A stretch of DNA of 64,000 nt from Octopus sinensis. Its lineage: Eukaryota. Positions 25,717 through 39,384 of the stretch are shown one piece after another. A program made the position numbers and the translations under genes. The notes below the pieces were generated by a model, which worked only from the letters and a program-made list of their open reading frames with translations, ran no database searches and had not been told where the DNA came from. The stretch lies in contig NC_043003.1 in the NCBI RefSeq assembly GCF_006345805.1, positions 41,726,001-41,790,000 on the forward strand, written 5' to 3'. Numbering within the stretch: position 1 is the first letter of the stretch; each line of letters begins with the position of its first letter.

Positions 25717-26116
25717 ATTTTAGGCAAATAAGTAATAAATTTAGCATAGTATCTGTCAATGAATTTTTGCCATGGCTTTTCAAGTTGTATGGTGGAAATA
25801 GATTTTTCTATCGAAGATATACTTGTATTCTGAACGACACTAAACGGTCAGAATTGGATTTTAAAAAAGTATGACTTTCTGACGCTTACTTACTTCAGTG
25901 TTTAAACTTGTCAACAGAATATAATAACATATTTTGAAACCCAAAGTAAAATTATGCCCTTAAGTTCGATATAAATGTTTTGGGTTGACCATAGAGCCAT
26001 CGATGAGGTCAAATATTAGAAGACCTTTGTAATTTTTCTCTCAAAAAATATCCTGAAGTCATAATTACAAATGATTCAATGTTGAAACATTTGTCTAATG
26101 CGAATAAGTCAAAAAC
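25717..26116 (+). repeat. 400-bp local duplication, copy 2
   Basis: Near-identical to 21527-21927. Confidence 0.95.
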
Positions 26117-26664
26117 TGAATACTGAGGTTAATATATCTCTGTACTATTTTTATTTTTACAGTCAATTTTACAACATATACGACATTCGTTTTCCACGTA
26201 TGTTTCATTGTTGTGATTATTTGCAGCATCTGTATTGGATAGTCCAAGTGCAATTGGAGGTCAAACCGCAAAGAATCATCAGGGAAGCAAATTAATGCAT
26301 TATGATACAGGGATCGAATATACGATGTGATATGTACAAAGGAAATCCCAGTTTTCCCAAATCGCTGTGCGAACCGAAAGCACAAGAAAGAAGTAGGATT
26401 CTTGTATTCACTTTTCTCTTATCGTTGTTAAGCTCATCAGAAATTTACGCTTTAATATCATCCCCCCAGCACCACTACACTCAGACACATGTGCACAACC
26501 ATACACTCGCACCCACACGTTCATATATTAATGTATTAGTAAACCGATAGAATAACGCGTTATGATGTTTGTTTTGTTAGATATTGAGGAATGTGAAATA
26601 ATAGTGTTTGCAATATTGCTGTTAATGAGATATTCTATGCTCAGCAAATCACTTGATAAATGTA

Positions 26665-26867
26665 CAGTAATCCCTCGACTATCGCGGGTGTTACGTTCCA
26701 AAAGACCCTCGCGATAGGTGAAAATCCGGTTAATAGAAACAGTAATGCATATATATTTTTTTTAATTTTTATAATTTCTATATGTATATGTTATTATAAA
26801 TGCTAAATAGCACCGCGGAGGAATCGTCGTAAGCTTAGGTGAACCGCAATATAGCGGAGGATTATTG
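26665..26867. mobile_element. Tc1/pogo-type MITE
   Basis: TA-CAGTAATCCCTCGACTATCGCGG ... CCGCAATATAGCGGAGGATTATTG-TA: imperfect TIRs with a TA duplication. Confidence 0.8.
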
Positions 26868-27999
26868 TATCTGAAAAATTTACGACTCATCATAACCACA
26901 TGCATAGCATATGTAAAGTACTCTACATAATTTACAATGTGGTTTGAAAGAGTAATTAACTCTCACTATTTCGCTAACCTTCTGCCTTAAATATCAGCTA
27001 AATACTAGCAGAAATCATAACCAGTTACCTGAATTCAGTAATCTGAAACATTAGCACACTATTTCAGTTTATTTTTGTAGAGGTTAAATTACAACTAAGA
27101 TAGAGTAGATAACAGATTATAACTTAATATGTATCTTAAAACAAATACGAAGAGACCAACTATGTAGCTGAACATATCATGTAATATGTATTTAACCACT
27201 AAAATCGATAATGAAAGTCCGTGTCAAAAACAGAAAAAAAAAACATGCATTTTCATATTAAACACAAGTAACAGTAATTCCGAACATCACTATAAAATCA
27301 TCGTTGTACTAGATTCGCAACAAAAAATTTCATTGAAGTCCCATTATCATAATTTAACGAACCGACAAGATGATTCTCGATCGAGCAGTCTTTTGAGATG
27401 TGGAAGCACGAAAATAGGACAATCTACAGTGATATAACTGACTTAAGCTTAAACATAGAGAGGAACTATGAAAAAGCTAAAGATATTTACTTTCCGTTGG
27501 TTAAAAACTGCACGTGTTTTTCATCTAAATTCGAGACTTTGGGATCTCGGTCCCAATTAAGTTGAGACACTAGATGAATTAAACTGATGTTTACTCTTGA
27601 AGGAATATTTTTAGATGATCGAGGAAATGAAGGTTGACGACTGTTATCATTATTTTGGGATAGAGCAAGTAAAAATGATTGAAGAGTGGTCAGTTTACTC
27701 AGATTTCATACAACCTAGCATGATTTCTTAAATTGCTTTAAATTCCTTGAAAGAATCAAATATTTTCTTGGGTATATGAACACACTTTGACTAATAAAAG
27801 ATAAGGAGATGATACTACGAGCACCAATAAATTTATTCAGATCAAGCGAACTGAGAAGGTGGTTAAGATTCTGTAAACCGGGTGGATGTGTAAATATAGC
27901 GAATATATTGTTTTTCAGTGTTTATTGCTATTTAAAGAGCCATATTGTTTGATAAGTGGTAAGTTTAAGCACACTACGATAATTGTGGATACATTTTGT

Positions 28000-29400
28000 T
28001 GAAAGTCTGGAAGTCGTTGAGGACGTGTGTTGCATAAATTCCTCCTTTCTCTGCTGACCCAACTTTTCATACCTGGATATTAATAACGAACAATTTTACT
28101 TACTCAGGTTCAAAGATTGTCCTATCAATTTCTATCATATAATCTTCTTGTACCCCAACGAAACAACTACAAATAACAAAATATATTAGTCTTGTATTGG
28201 AGATGTCAAATTAAACAATCTCTGGTTCTCTAACAGCATCATCTTTGATGATTTAAATGTACAGAACTGCTTATTGCTCGCTACCATAAGCTAAATCAAT
28301 ATCAGAGCGGTAGGGTCTCGAATAGTTCTTCTCACGCCATATTTACAGGCAAGATGTCTGTCATTAAGTTAGTCACGCATTAGTATATCGAATGTTTGCT
28401 AACACTTTTGCTTCCAGTATTAAACCTGGGCTTTCTGATTCTTCAATCTGATTTAATATACCCACCTATCGTCACAAAATATAGTTCTATGAGATAGCAT
28501 TCCGGCATATAGAATAACATGCTTCCTTCGCATTTTTCCAATTTATCTCTACACATAAAACGAATGCCTTTTCTCGTAATTCACCCAAATCAAACTCCTT
28601 TTTCTTTAGTCTAAATTCTTGATAGTCAATGTTCTTTCAAACTTTCTCAAATTCTTATCACGTTTTAGTTTCTCCCTCTAACACATTCTCTATTGATGTT
28701 TCTTTGAAGCTACGTTCTATCAATTCATAGGAATCACGCGTCACTTATTCCATTCCAGTGATGGGCAAAATCTCAAACATGCCCAATATTAACATAGAAA
28801 GTATTCAACAATTAAATCCTACGTCATCCGGGGGACTGCTAATTCCCTGTATATTGGTCACGTGTCTATTTCCTTTCAGCCAGATTCTGTATACACTGAA
28901 ATGTTTATACCCAATGCCAATTACATTTGTCTATTTACATTACCAAAGCTGTAATGTTTGCCTAGCGTAAGAATCTACTTCTAAATTTTGCTGCTATGAT
29001 CTATTTATCCTTTACTGCATCTTTCTGACGGCATATGAGTTAAGCAGGTTAGCTCTAACTCCATCCAAATTATGCTGGATCACATTTACTTCAAAGTTTG
29101 GTTATATTCCTTGGCTCTTTTCTTGTCACATAAAGGTTAACTTCTCGTTACGTAATTGATATCGCAATGTTATAGCGTTCATTTCCCTCTAGCATTATTG
29201 AAAACATTTCGTAACCTAACAGTTCAAAACAAAGACGTTTACTGGCAGACTAAACTTTACCTTACTAAAATAGATTAAATCATTCACATGTAAGGATATA
29301 GTAGCGTGATATCCTCTGTTTGCTCCAATACTCAAATCCTAAACACATAATAGCAACTACTATCGCTGTGCTCTTGCCATTTACATCATCCTTGATGTAA
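28000..29400 (-). pseudogene. possible highly decayed LINE remnant
   Basis: Only faint motif echoes on the minus strand (DDAV near 28245, DDVNGK near 29385). Confidence 0.25.
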
Positions 29401-29989
29401 AAAAAACTTTTGATCAAGAGCACTCCAAAATGACATTCCAATATTTTCTCGGTTACAGTTTATCTTAAACCAATGTGGGGCGTTCGATTTTAAGACAGTA
29501 GCGTGTAACTTGAGAGAGATGTGGTTGCCAGTTATATTTACAATTCTTCTACTATTATGTAATATTTTACTATGTGAACTCAGTAACTAGCATCAGATTT
29601 TCTAAAAGAGAATGGTCTAGAGACCATATCAAGACAAAATGTTGATAAACTGAGTATAAGGCGAAAATAATTGATACGATTTGTTTTTAGTTTGTATCAA
29701 GTTGTAGTAAAAACGTATCTACATATATACTCGCTAAGCAGTCAACGGTAATTTTCCTGTTATTTGCCTCGCGGTTATTGTTAAATTCACAAGAATATAT
29801 TGAAACACGGATGCATATACACACGAAATATGTGTCAACGTCACGTTCTCGTGTGCACGTTGCGTATTTGCGTAATTATGTACGTGCAAGTTGTTATATT
29901 GAAGAATATATAAATCTATAAATATATCTTCATGTATTTTTTTCTGCCTAATGATGAGTAAGTACAGTTCTATATTTAACAGATGAGGA

Positions 29990-30240
29990 ATTATGCACAT
30001 TATTTACATTATTTACAATTGACGGATATTTGTCTTCATCTTGTTTGTTGTTAACACGTTTCGGCTGATATAACTTCCAGCCTGAATTCTCATTCTTAAA
30101 GTGTTTTTCGGTGGTGTTATTATTCTTATTATCATTATTATTTATTATTTATTTATTATTATTATTATTATTCAGGTCACTGCCTGGAATCGAACGCGGA
30201 ATCTTGGAGTTAGTAGCTCGCGCTCTTGACCACTATGCCC
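29990..30240 (-). mobile_element. PLE 3' terminal region with tRNA-like head, (AAT)n and HHR remnant
   Basis: A-box TAGTGGTCAAG and B-box GTTCGATTCC at 30173-30240. AGGCTG..CAGCC-GAAA at 30059-30083, with the CUGANGA core absent. Confidence 0.6.
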
Positions 30241-30244
30241 TTGG

Positions 30245-31620
30245 GCAATTATAGAGTGAATTTTAGGGCTTATAAATCTAATATTTTTCTATACTTCCTT
30301 AATACCAGTTCCCATATGCTGCTCATATCTGCACTCGGTCTGCTTAGGAGGTTGTTGTGTACTGTCATACGTGCTGTTTCTTTTAGTTTTCGTATTTTCC
30401 AGTGGTGTTCTCTATTATTTTAACTTCATCCCACGGGGAAGGTGGTCTCCATTTTTCCATACATGATCAGCTATACTCGATTTTTCAATATATTCCTGGA
30501 TCACAGCTTTTTGATGTTCCTCTAACCCTATTTTGAGGGACCGCACGTTTCGCCTTTGTATAACCAAGCACAGCTGCATGTGATATAGTACACGCAGTTC
30601 TTAGTCATATTCTCTTCTATTGGTGGTTTTACTCGGAGATATATGCGAAGTGTTGTATTACTTATGAATACTGTCCTGATGTCATATGGACCGCATATCT
30701 TTTGTATCTTTTCGGAGAAGCCTTTCACATAAGATAACAGGCTATTGACAGATTATCAGCTACATCCTGTCTTTTCTTCATAATTGGAGTGGAGAGTATG
30801 CTTTTGGGGTAGTTGTTGTTTTATACATAGTTACTGAGCTTGACCATTTCTTCTTGGTGAGTATCACGATCGCTACTTATATTCATTGCTCGATGTTTCA
30901 GGCACTGAGCAATCCCTCTCTTTACAGTGTATGGATGGTAGGAATTGAAGTTGGGGTATCGTCCTGTGAAGGTCGGCTTGCGGTATACGGATGTCTTGTA
31001 TCCATACTTGGTGCGCTTTATTAATACGTTCAGGAATGCTAGCTGATTATCTTTTTCTATTTTCATTGTGGACTGCATGGATGGCTTTATTCAGTTCACA
31101 TGATCCAACAGCACTTGAACATCTTCCTGGTGGAGCCAGAGCATGAAGGTTTCATCAACATATAGCAACTATAGAGTTGCTTTTAGTGGTGTTGATCCTA
31201 AAGCCAAATTCTCAAAGTATTCCATATATATATTGTCTATTATCGGTGATAATGGCGAACCCATAGCTAAACACTCTTCTTATCGATATATATCAGTGTC
31301 CATACTGAAGTAGGTAGTTTCTACACAGAAGTTTCTTATTGGTATACTAGTGCGTTCTTTAGATGGGTGTCTGTCGCTACTTTTTCTTGAATCACCGATA
31401 GTGCTTCACCATTTGGAACTTTGGGGAACATACTTATCACATCTAGACTCACCATATCGTTGGATTCAATGGGTGTATCCTTGACAAATTCTGTGAAGTG
31501 AGTGGAATTCTTCATGTACGATGTTGAATTTCTTGCTAATGAACTGATTATATCCACAAGGAAGCGGCTCAGTGGTTGACATGCTGAACCTCTGCAGCTC
31601 ACTCTAGGTCAGAATGCGGC
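30245..31620 (-). mobile_element. Penelope-like element (Penelope/Poseidon type), RT plus GIY-YIG, degenerate
   Basis: SCRGS..YMKNSTHF..MVSLDV, AMGSPLSPIIDNIYMEYFE, YVDE (cf. YVDD), AFLNVLI..VYRKPTFTG..SYHP, and KNCVYYITCSC..YKGET. Frameshifted. Confidence 0.9.
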
Positions 31621-31727
31621 GGATTAATGTAAAGAAGGAGATGCAGAATAAAAACAGAAAGAAAAGAGTGAAGCTGAAAGTAGGAATGAAGAAAAGAAAG
31701 AAAAAAGAAGTATAGATTGATTGATTG

Positions 31728-31763
<36 letters not shown>

Positions 31764-32262
31764 CCGAAAAAGAGGGGAAAGTGAGAGAGGCGAAAGAGGA
31801 TGAGAGTGAAATATACAAAGGTAAAATATACAATGACAACTCCAAGAGATTGCTCGAAGACTTAGAGGCAGGTATAAAAAAAAAGCAAACACTGTAGTAG
31901 ACAAGCAAACATGTCTAATTTCACTATTTATCTGTAGTCTCGTTAAAAAATCGTGAACAGCCTAAACGGGTTTCCGAAACTTAATGCATTCTAACCCGCA
32001 AGGTATGTATCATTTTACAAATCCCAGATAAATATGTATCGAAACATTGTATATTCAACCAATCGAGTAGTTACAGAGAAGCAACTAATTTGCATACGCT
32101 AGTGTTAAACTCTTTGTTTAATATCAGCAATCTGTGAACGGGTATCTCAGTCCATAAAGTACCAAGGACGGATATGATATATGTAGATCAAAATAGAAGA
32201 CATCTAAACCAGGTAAATTTAAATATTTTTTCTCCTAAGATTGAAAAATGTATATTTATTAG

Positions 32263-32303
32263 GAACCGTAAAGGGTTTTCGAAACTTATTCAGCTCTCAT
32301 CAG
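32263..32303 (-). ncRNA. type I hammerhead ribozyme motif
   Basis: CTGATGA-GAGC tgaataa GTTTC-GAA-AACC ctttac GGTT-C: canonical core, weak stem II, 4-bp stem III, UUC site. Stem I is not evident. Confidence 0.5.
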
Positions 32304-32436
32304 AGGTGTCTTCATCATTTGACCTACTCCAGAACAATAATCAGCCAAACTCATTATATTCTCAATTAATCCAATAGCTACAGTGTCCTGAAGCTATTAA
32401 TTTGCATATCATACGTGTTTAACCTCTTTTTTAAAA

Positions 32437-32612
32437 CCCTTTGTACTATAAGTATAAGGCCTAACATTTGTGGGGTGGGGGTAGTTGACTACATCTATCC
32501 CAACACTTGACTGGTACTTAATTTGTAGACCCCGAAAGGTTGAAAAGCAAAGTCGACCTCGGTGGAAGTTGAACCGCTAAGCATTTCGTCCAGCGTGCTA
32601 ACGTTTCAGCCT
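32437..32612 (-). mobile_element. tRNA-derived SINE
   Basis: gaccccgaaaggttgaaaagcaaagtcgacctcggtggaag...gctaagcatttcgtccagcgtgctaacg. Confidence 0.85.
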
Positions 32613-33036
32613 TACACCTTATTTGATATCAGCGGACTCTGAATGGGTATGTCATGTGCACACAGTATCAAGGTATGATATATATATATATAACTCTAGG
32701 TAGTAGACATACAAGCATGAGTAAATGTAACTATCTCTCCGTAGATAGAAAAAAAATTGAAAAGCCTTAATCAATTTTCTAATTTTTATTAAGTTACGAT
32801 CTTTCAGAATTTCTGTCGATCTGAATAATTCACAAGATAATGTTTCCCTTGTGAGAAAACAAAAATCTAAAAAACATCCCTATGATGTAGAAAATACTCG
32901 GCAGAACCTTAATATACATACCTACTAGCAAAATCCGACAGCTTAAGCACACAAAAATACCTGCATTCATACACACATAGACATATACATTCATATACAT
33001 ACAAACACGCACATACACGCATACATACACACACAC

Positions 33037-33095
<59 letters not shown>

Positions 33096-33112
33096 GAGAG
33101 AGAGAGAGGGAG

Positions 33113-33160
33113 ATTTATAGATAGATAAATAGTTAGATAGATAGATAGATAGATAGACAA

Positions 33161-33227
<67 letters not shown>

Positions 33228-33228
33228 A

Positions 33229-33318
<90 letters not shown>

Positions 33319-33325
33319 GGATAGA
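33113..33325 (+). repeat. (GATA)n/(GACA)n microsatellite
   Basis: Direct reading. Confidence 0.95.
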
Positions 33326-35200
33326 TTGAGAGGCATTTTGAGAGGGAAAGAGAGAAAAACACATAAGGAAGAAAGAAAAAGAAAGGAAAAGAAAGAGACA
33401 AAAGTAGGCATTCAGAAAGACAGATAGAAGAACGGACAGACAGAAAGACAAATAGATAGATAGATAGATTGATAGAAAAATGGATAGATAGATAGCCTTT
33501 GTTAGAGGTAGTGACGGAGAGACGGAGAGATTGAAATCTCATGCCTTCAGATCATCGATTTGAAATCATTCATGCGTAAGATTTTATGTTGTTTGCTCGA
33601 TTAATCACGATTAATTTGTTGTAAATTTGCCCGATCTGAAGCAACGCGCACCATTCACCCCTCCCTCCTGTATCTCACATCACACATGTCATTCTCGCCA
33701 TCGCCACACCATTCTCAACTTAGTAGCTATCATATCCATCCTCAGCAGAAGGCTTCTTCTCTGTGTTAAAGCAGTGCCTACTTTCACATGGAAGATATGA
33801 AAAGTCCTCTCAGGCAAAACAAGACACGCGCTATAACTTTACCCTCTGTTAACCTTTGATATTTGATATGAAATCAAGGGGTTTCTCCCTGAATAATCTA
33901 ATTTACTTCGCTGACCCTGATAATTGATCTGAGTTGTGATTTTGTTCGTTCGTTGGAAAATATAGAAACACGAATACCATGACTGCGATGATAATTAATA
34001 AATAAACAAGCACGAAGAAAGAATAGAAATCTAAGAATTTTACGAAACGTCAAGAGAAAAAAGAATTAGGGAAAAAAAAAATTTTTTCCTGTGAACAAAA
34101 TTATAAATTGGAATTCGGTTTCTTGTTTCTTGACTTGTTGATCTAACCAAGGAATAACAGTGTCATAAAAACTGCTTAAAAACCTGATAGAGTATAAATT
34201 TAAATAGATTTTATCGGCAATGACTCAGTTTGCGATCAGTATGAAACTGTCAGAAGTTTCTGCTGTTGACAAAAATAAAAGAAAAAAAGATGAAATATAA
34301 AACAAGGGAATATAGATACAAATATTGAGGTGATATGGTAATTTTGATGACACAATCATGACTTTATTAAATGTGAAAATAATACGGAATGGACTTGTAG
34401 CCCAGTAAATTTAATATGTTGTCATATATGGTTAAGAATTTAGAGACATGACCGTGTCCTTTCGAGTTCAATATAACTCATACCTTTCAAGTTCAGTGGC
34501 AACAACACAAGTTAACTTCTGTACCACTGGCTTGACCAGTGACTTACAGGTTACTCTAAGAAATACCTACACACCAGTTGTTCCTTGAATTACTGCACCA
34601 TTTTAGAAGATTAAATAGATTGGATTCGTAGAATGCTAAATAAGAATACACAGGGATTTTGCCACATAAAGATTTGCATATCTGTCTGCCTGAAAAACAT
34701 ATTAAAAAACAAACGAATCTCTGGAGTCAAACTTAGCCAGCAGAGAAAATAAAAGTTCGTTGAGATGGAGTAATTACAGTTCAAATTGTATACTATAGAA
34801 AGGCTTGAAACTGTGGCAATCGTCTCGAAAAGCACCATCAAAAGCATTTTTAAAAAAGCAAAACATAGAAATATATCAGTACATATCGGTATATGTATAT
34901 GTATATTCACCTACATATGTATACTGAGACCTTATATCGTTCCTTACTGTGGTATATCAAAAGATCATATTATCCATTCATTTCTTCACTTAGAAGCGTT
35001 TCAGCATTGCCCTGCAAAATACCTAAATTATATGAATACTTTTAAGCACTTTTGTTGGACAATGTATCATTATACCAAATTATGTACCACAAGGAGTCCG
35101 TGTTTGTTTTAGTACCGAGTTTATATGTTTTCACGAAAAACTTTTACCAGCGTGCGTTTAACATCTAGAAGATAAGAAAACAGGAAGTTCTACATATGTA

Positions 35201-35248
<48 letters not shown>

Positions 35249-35334
35249 ACATATATATATATATACAGAGAGAGAGAGAGAGACGCATACACACATATGC
35301 ATTCGTAAACAGACAAATATTTGAATATAAATAT

Positions 35335-35375
<41 letters not shown>

Positions 35376-36388
35376 TACATACATACATACATACATACAT
35401 ACAGTGAGCGATAGGTAGGTAGATAGATGTAAATGTTTGTGTATGTTTCCCGTGTTTGTTTATACATACCTGCATACATAGTACACACATACATATATAC
35501 ATACATACTTACATACATATAAACTTATATACATATAAGTATATATATATATACACACTTGTGTTTATGTGTGTCCTATTGGTTGTCTTATCTTGTATAT
35601 GTTAATAAAAGAGTAAAAAAAAAAACAAATACAAAATTGTTGAAAAATAAAACATTGTTGAAAGCTGTGACTGTGAACATTATTTTTGATCATACAAATT
35701 CGTTTTGTGCACAATGCTGAGTCATAAACTGCCAGCAATTTCCTGACACCATTGAAAGTTGCACCGGTGTTAGCATAGTAGTATAATATATTCACCTGTG
35801 ATGTTGCCAGTTATTTGGTAGCTTTTGGAATATTAAACGTTTAACTATTCGACCTTCTCTTTATTGCATGTCAAAATATTCTCTAACGTATTAATATCAT
35901 TTTCCCTATCACTTCATGTATTTGCAATATTTCCCATATCGGAATAACCAACTTTTGAAGTCCGAGGTCAAAATGGATTTAATTAATGATGTTTATCTCC
36001 CTTGTTTAATCCATTCCGCAATTCTACAAGGAATATGAAGTATCCGTGAAACCCATTACGAATATAGTATAGTATTTATCGCTGACAACTACTTTGGGTT
36101 CTGGTTTGCTCTATAATTATAACAGTTTATTGAGTTACCCAGGTTTGCCATTCCAAACTATTTAGCATGGACTTATCAAGTTTCAGAAGACGGCGTACAT
36201 TTCTATGTTTGTTTCATTCGTGTCATATCGTTCCTATTGATCTGTGTACCAAGAGAAATTGCTATATTAAAGACTGCAACTGCCCATCGGTCTGATAAAA
36301 CTACTTCTTGCTTTATCAAACAGAACCGACATTGTGTTTGATACATATTTACTTCTTCACTGGTTTTGGATTTATGCTTATATATATT

Positions 36389-36472
<84 letters not shown>

Positions 36473-36752
36473 TCGAGTGTGTGTGTGTGCGTATAAGATC
36501 ATATATCTATGCCTTAGATGAGAGAGAACAATATAGAATCATAACATTGTTGATTCCATATTTATCTCGACATTATGTATTCAAAATCAATACGGATATT
36601 AAGGGCTGAATATCGATAATTATTTTGTATATACTTAAGTCTACAAATGCATTTTTACGTCAGTAGATAATAACGTACTACACTATACGATAATATATAT
36701 ATATATATATATATATGAATATATATTTACGTATATGTATATATATATGTCT

Positions 36753-36800
<48 letters not shown>

Positions 36801-36873
36801 ATAAATATGCCTATACATTTGTATAAATGTACTTTTGTGTTTGTGTATGTGTTTGTATGTGTGTGTATGTGTT

Positions 36874-36911
<38 letters not shown>

Positions 36912-37859
36912 AGAATATGCGTGTGTGTAATATACAATACCAACTTAGATTTTGTATGCTTACTTACAATGGTTATGTGCTTTGCCTTATTCAAATTTTA
37001 TACCTGTTTGGAGGTAGATGTACTAAATACACTTAATTTGCACGTTGTTACGTCCCAAATGATAGTTAGATCGTTCTTAGCGTCGGCGTAACACAAATTG
37101 TACACATATAATTGAGATTAACGCGCTTTTATATGAAAATTGTTGACTTGTAAGGTCTATTATTTTCGTTAGAACTAGAGTGTGAAATAATTTTCTTCTA
37201 CTAACATAGAGACAAATCGAACGTGAGGCATAATGGCATAATTAATGGAACGCTCGAGGGCAAGATGGCTCATATCTATTAAAGAACTATTAAGCGTACA
37301 AATTAAATTGATGTATGGGTTTGCTTGGATCCGCATCTTTTATCAATGATTAGTAAGGACCATATTAATAGCTATTTATGACTCAGTGCAGGCGGCTGAA
37401 TCTTTTGATATGATGCTATTCCCAACACGTTATTAATGAACTCTTAACGTAAATTGGAAACATCTCGATGATAGACCATTGACTGTAAAAGAACTCATGT
37501 TATAGAGTCCATGATATGGCAGTAGGGAGTTCAGTCTACACGTGTATATTCTGTTTACAGTTTCCCATACCATAATACCAAATTGATGGAGATTTAATGA
37601 TTACCAGACGTAAGGTTGATGCAGTGACGAAATACTTCTTCAGTGTTGAGTCATACATAGCTGTCGCTGGACTTGTCACAACACACTCACACACACACAC
37701 ACACACACACACAAACCTATATGAACACAGATATACATACATATATATTCATATATACATGTATGTACCTATGTATGCATACAAACTCACACGCACATAC
37801 GCACACACATACACACACACAAACACACACACATACACGCACACAAATACATATATATA

Positions 37860-38007
37860 GAAATGGATGTGAGTTAAGACGCTGGTCTCCCAACCACATG
37901 GTTCCGGGTTCAGTCCCATGGCATGACGCCTTGGGCAGCTGTCTTCTACTATGGCCGTGAGTGGATTTGGTGGATTTGGTGGATGGAAACTGAAGGAAGA
38001 CCGTCGT
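37860..38007 (+). mobile_element. second-family SINE 5' part
   Basis: cccaaccacatggttccgggttcagtcccat...cttgggcagctgtcttctactat...gtgagtggatttggt. Confidence 0.8.
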
Positions 38008-38009
38008 AA

Positions 38010-38089
<80 letters not shown>

Positions 38090-39170
38090 GTGTGTGTATG
38101 TATGTATTTGTGTGTATGTGCTTGTCTCCCACAATCGCTTTAGTTTCGGCAACAGAGAGCGATAGAATAAGAGAATTAATACTTCTATATCGTCAATTGC
38201 TAGTGTGATCCAGAAAAAAACATTCAAGTGAGTTCTTCAATATTTAATTGAAACCACGTCACATCACTAGCGACAAAAATAACGTTGCTAACATGATGAA
38301 TGAGCAGAAATATTATTTGCTCCGGACGTATAACTTAAAAGCTATATAGTCTCAAAACAATTCATGAATGTGAATATAACAGAAATAGCAAAATAAGTAA
38401 AATGCATATGCACAAGCCTCTATTCTATAAATCTTTTTTCAAATACTATAAATTATAACAAATATTAAAACAGAATACAACGGCAATAGTAAAAGTGATT
38501 TGGTTTAATTATCATTTTATTTAACTCAATAACTCATATATGGAATATTTCTCTGGTAAAAAGTCACTGAACTCACACAACTTTATTGTTAATACTGTTT
38601 TAATGATTTAATGTGTTTTTTTTTAAATATTTTTCGGCAAACACAAAGAGATTGTACATTTTACTACATATCTGAAAACAATGGCCACATGAAAATATGC
38701 ATGTCTCCAAACATATGTGTGTGCGTGGTATTAGGTATGCATGTGAGCGTAGATATGTGAAGGTACACATATATATGTGTGTGACTATATGTCTGTGAGT
38801 ATGTGCGTGTCTCAGTATGTCTGTGTGTGAATAGATGTATATTAATGTATAAGGAAAGAGATGGAGAAAAATAGATAGACAGGTAGATAAACAGTTAATA
38901 ATAGAGAAAATTAGAAAAATAACACTCGTATGTTGCTTACATTATGTGTAAAGGCAGTATTTTTTCAAAAGATATATATATATATATATATATATGTCTG
39001 TGTGTATATGTATATGTACATATGTACATATGTATATATATATGTATGTGTGTGTGTATGTGTATATTTCGAAAATTATTCCATCTTAAAAAGCAGCGCA
39101 AAAATGTTAATATGTAAACTTATACATGCATACACACACACACGCAGACATACACATAGACACACTCATA

Positions 39171-39210
<40 letters not shown>

Positions 39211-39312
39211 TTGTGTGTGTGTACATATGTGTATATATATGTGTGTATATATAGAGAGAGAGAGATAGATAAATAGATAGATATAGATATAGATATAGAT
39301 ATAGATACATAC

Positions 39313-39384
<72 letters not shown>

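Larger units (their letters stand above)
31905..32680 (-). repeat. two head-to-tail roughly 305-bp units carrying an HHR motif (second unit split by a SINE)
   Basis: Homologous anchors (cgaaactta at 31975 and 32280; taatttgcata; gataucagc/atcaagg regions). Same family as 41641-42090. Confidence 0.6.

Noticed and set aside
26411-26440. Hammerhead-like CTGATGA-GCTT..AAGA-GAAA on the minus strand
   Set aside because: The base of stem II is mismatched, stems I and III are not found, and there is no related copy in the window. It is compatible with chance.
30173-30240. Genuine tRNA gene
   Set aside because: It has A/B boxes but no convincing acceptor stem. It runs into (AAT)n inside a retroelement terminus, so it is treated as tRNA-derived.
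31800-31900. IYKGKIYNDNSKRLLEDL as a second GIY-YIG remnant
   Set aside because: It is too short and low in complexity, and the similarity could be chance.
36260-36283. CYIKDCNC resembling an oxytocin/vasopressin-type peptide
   Set aside because: There is no PxG-KR processing signal, signal peptide or neurophysin, and the frame stops a few codons later.
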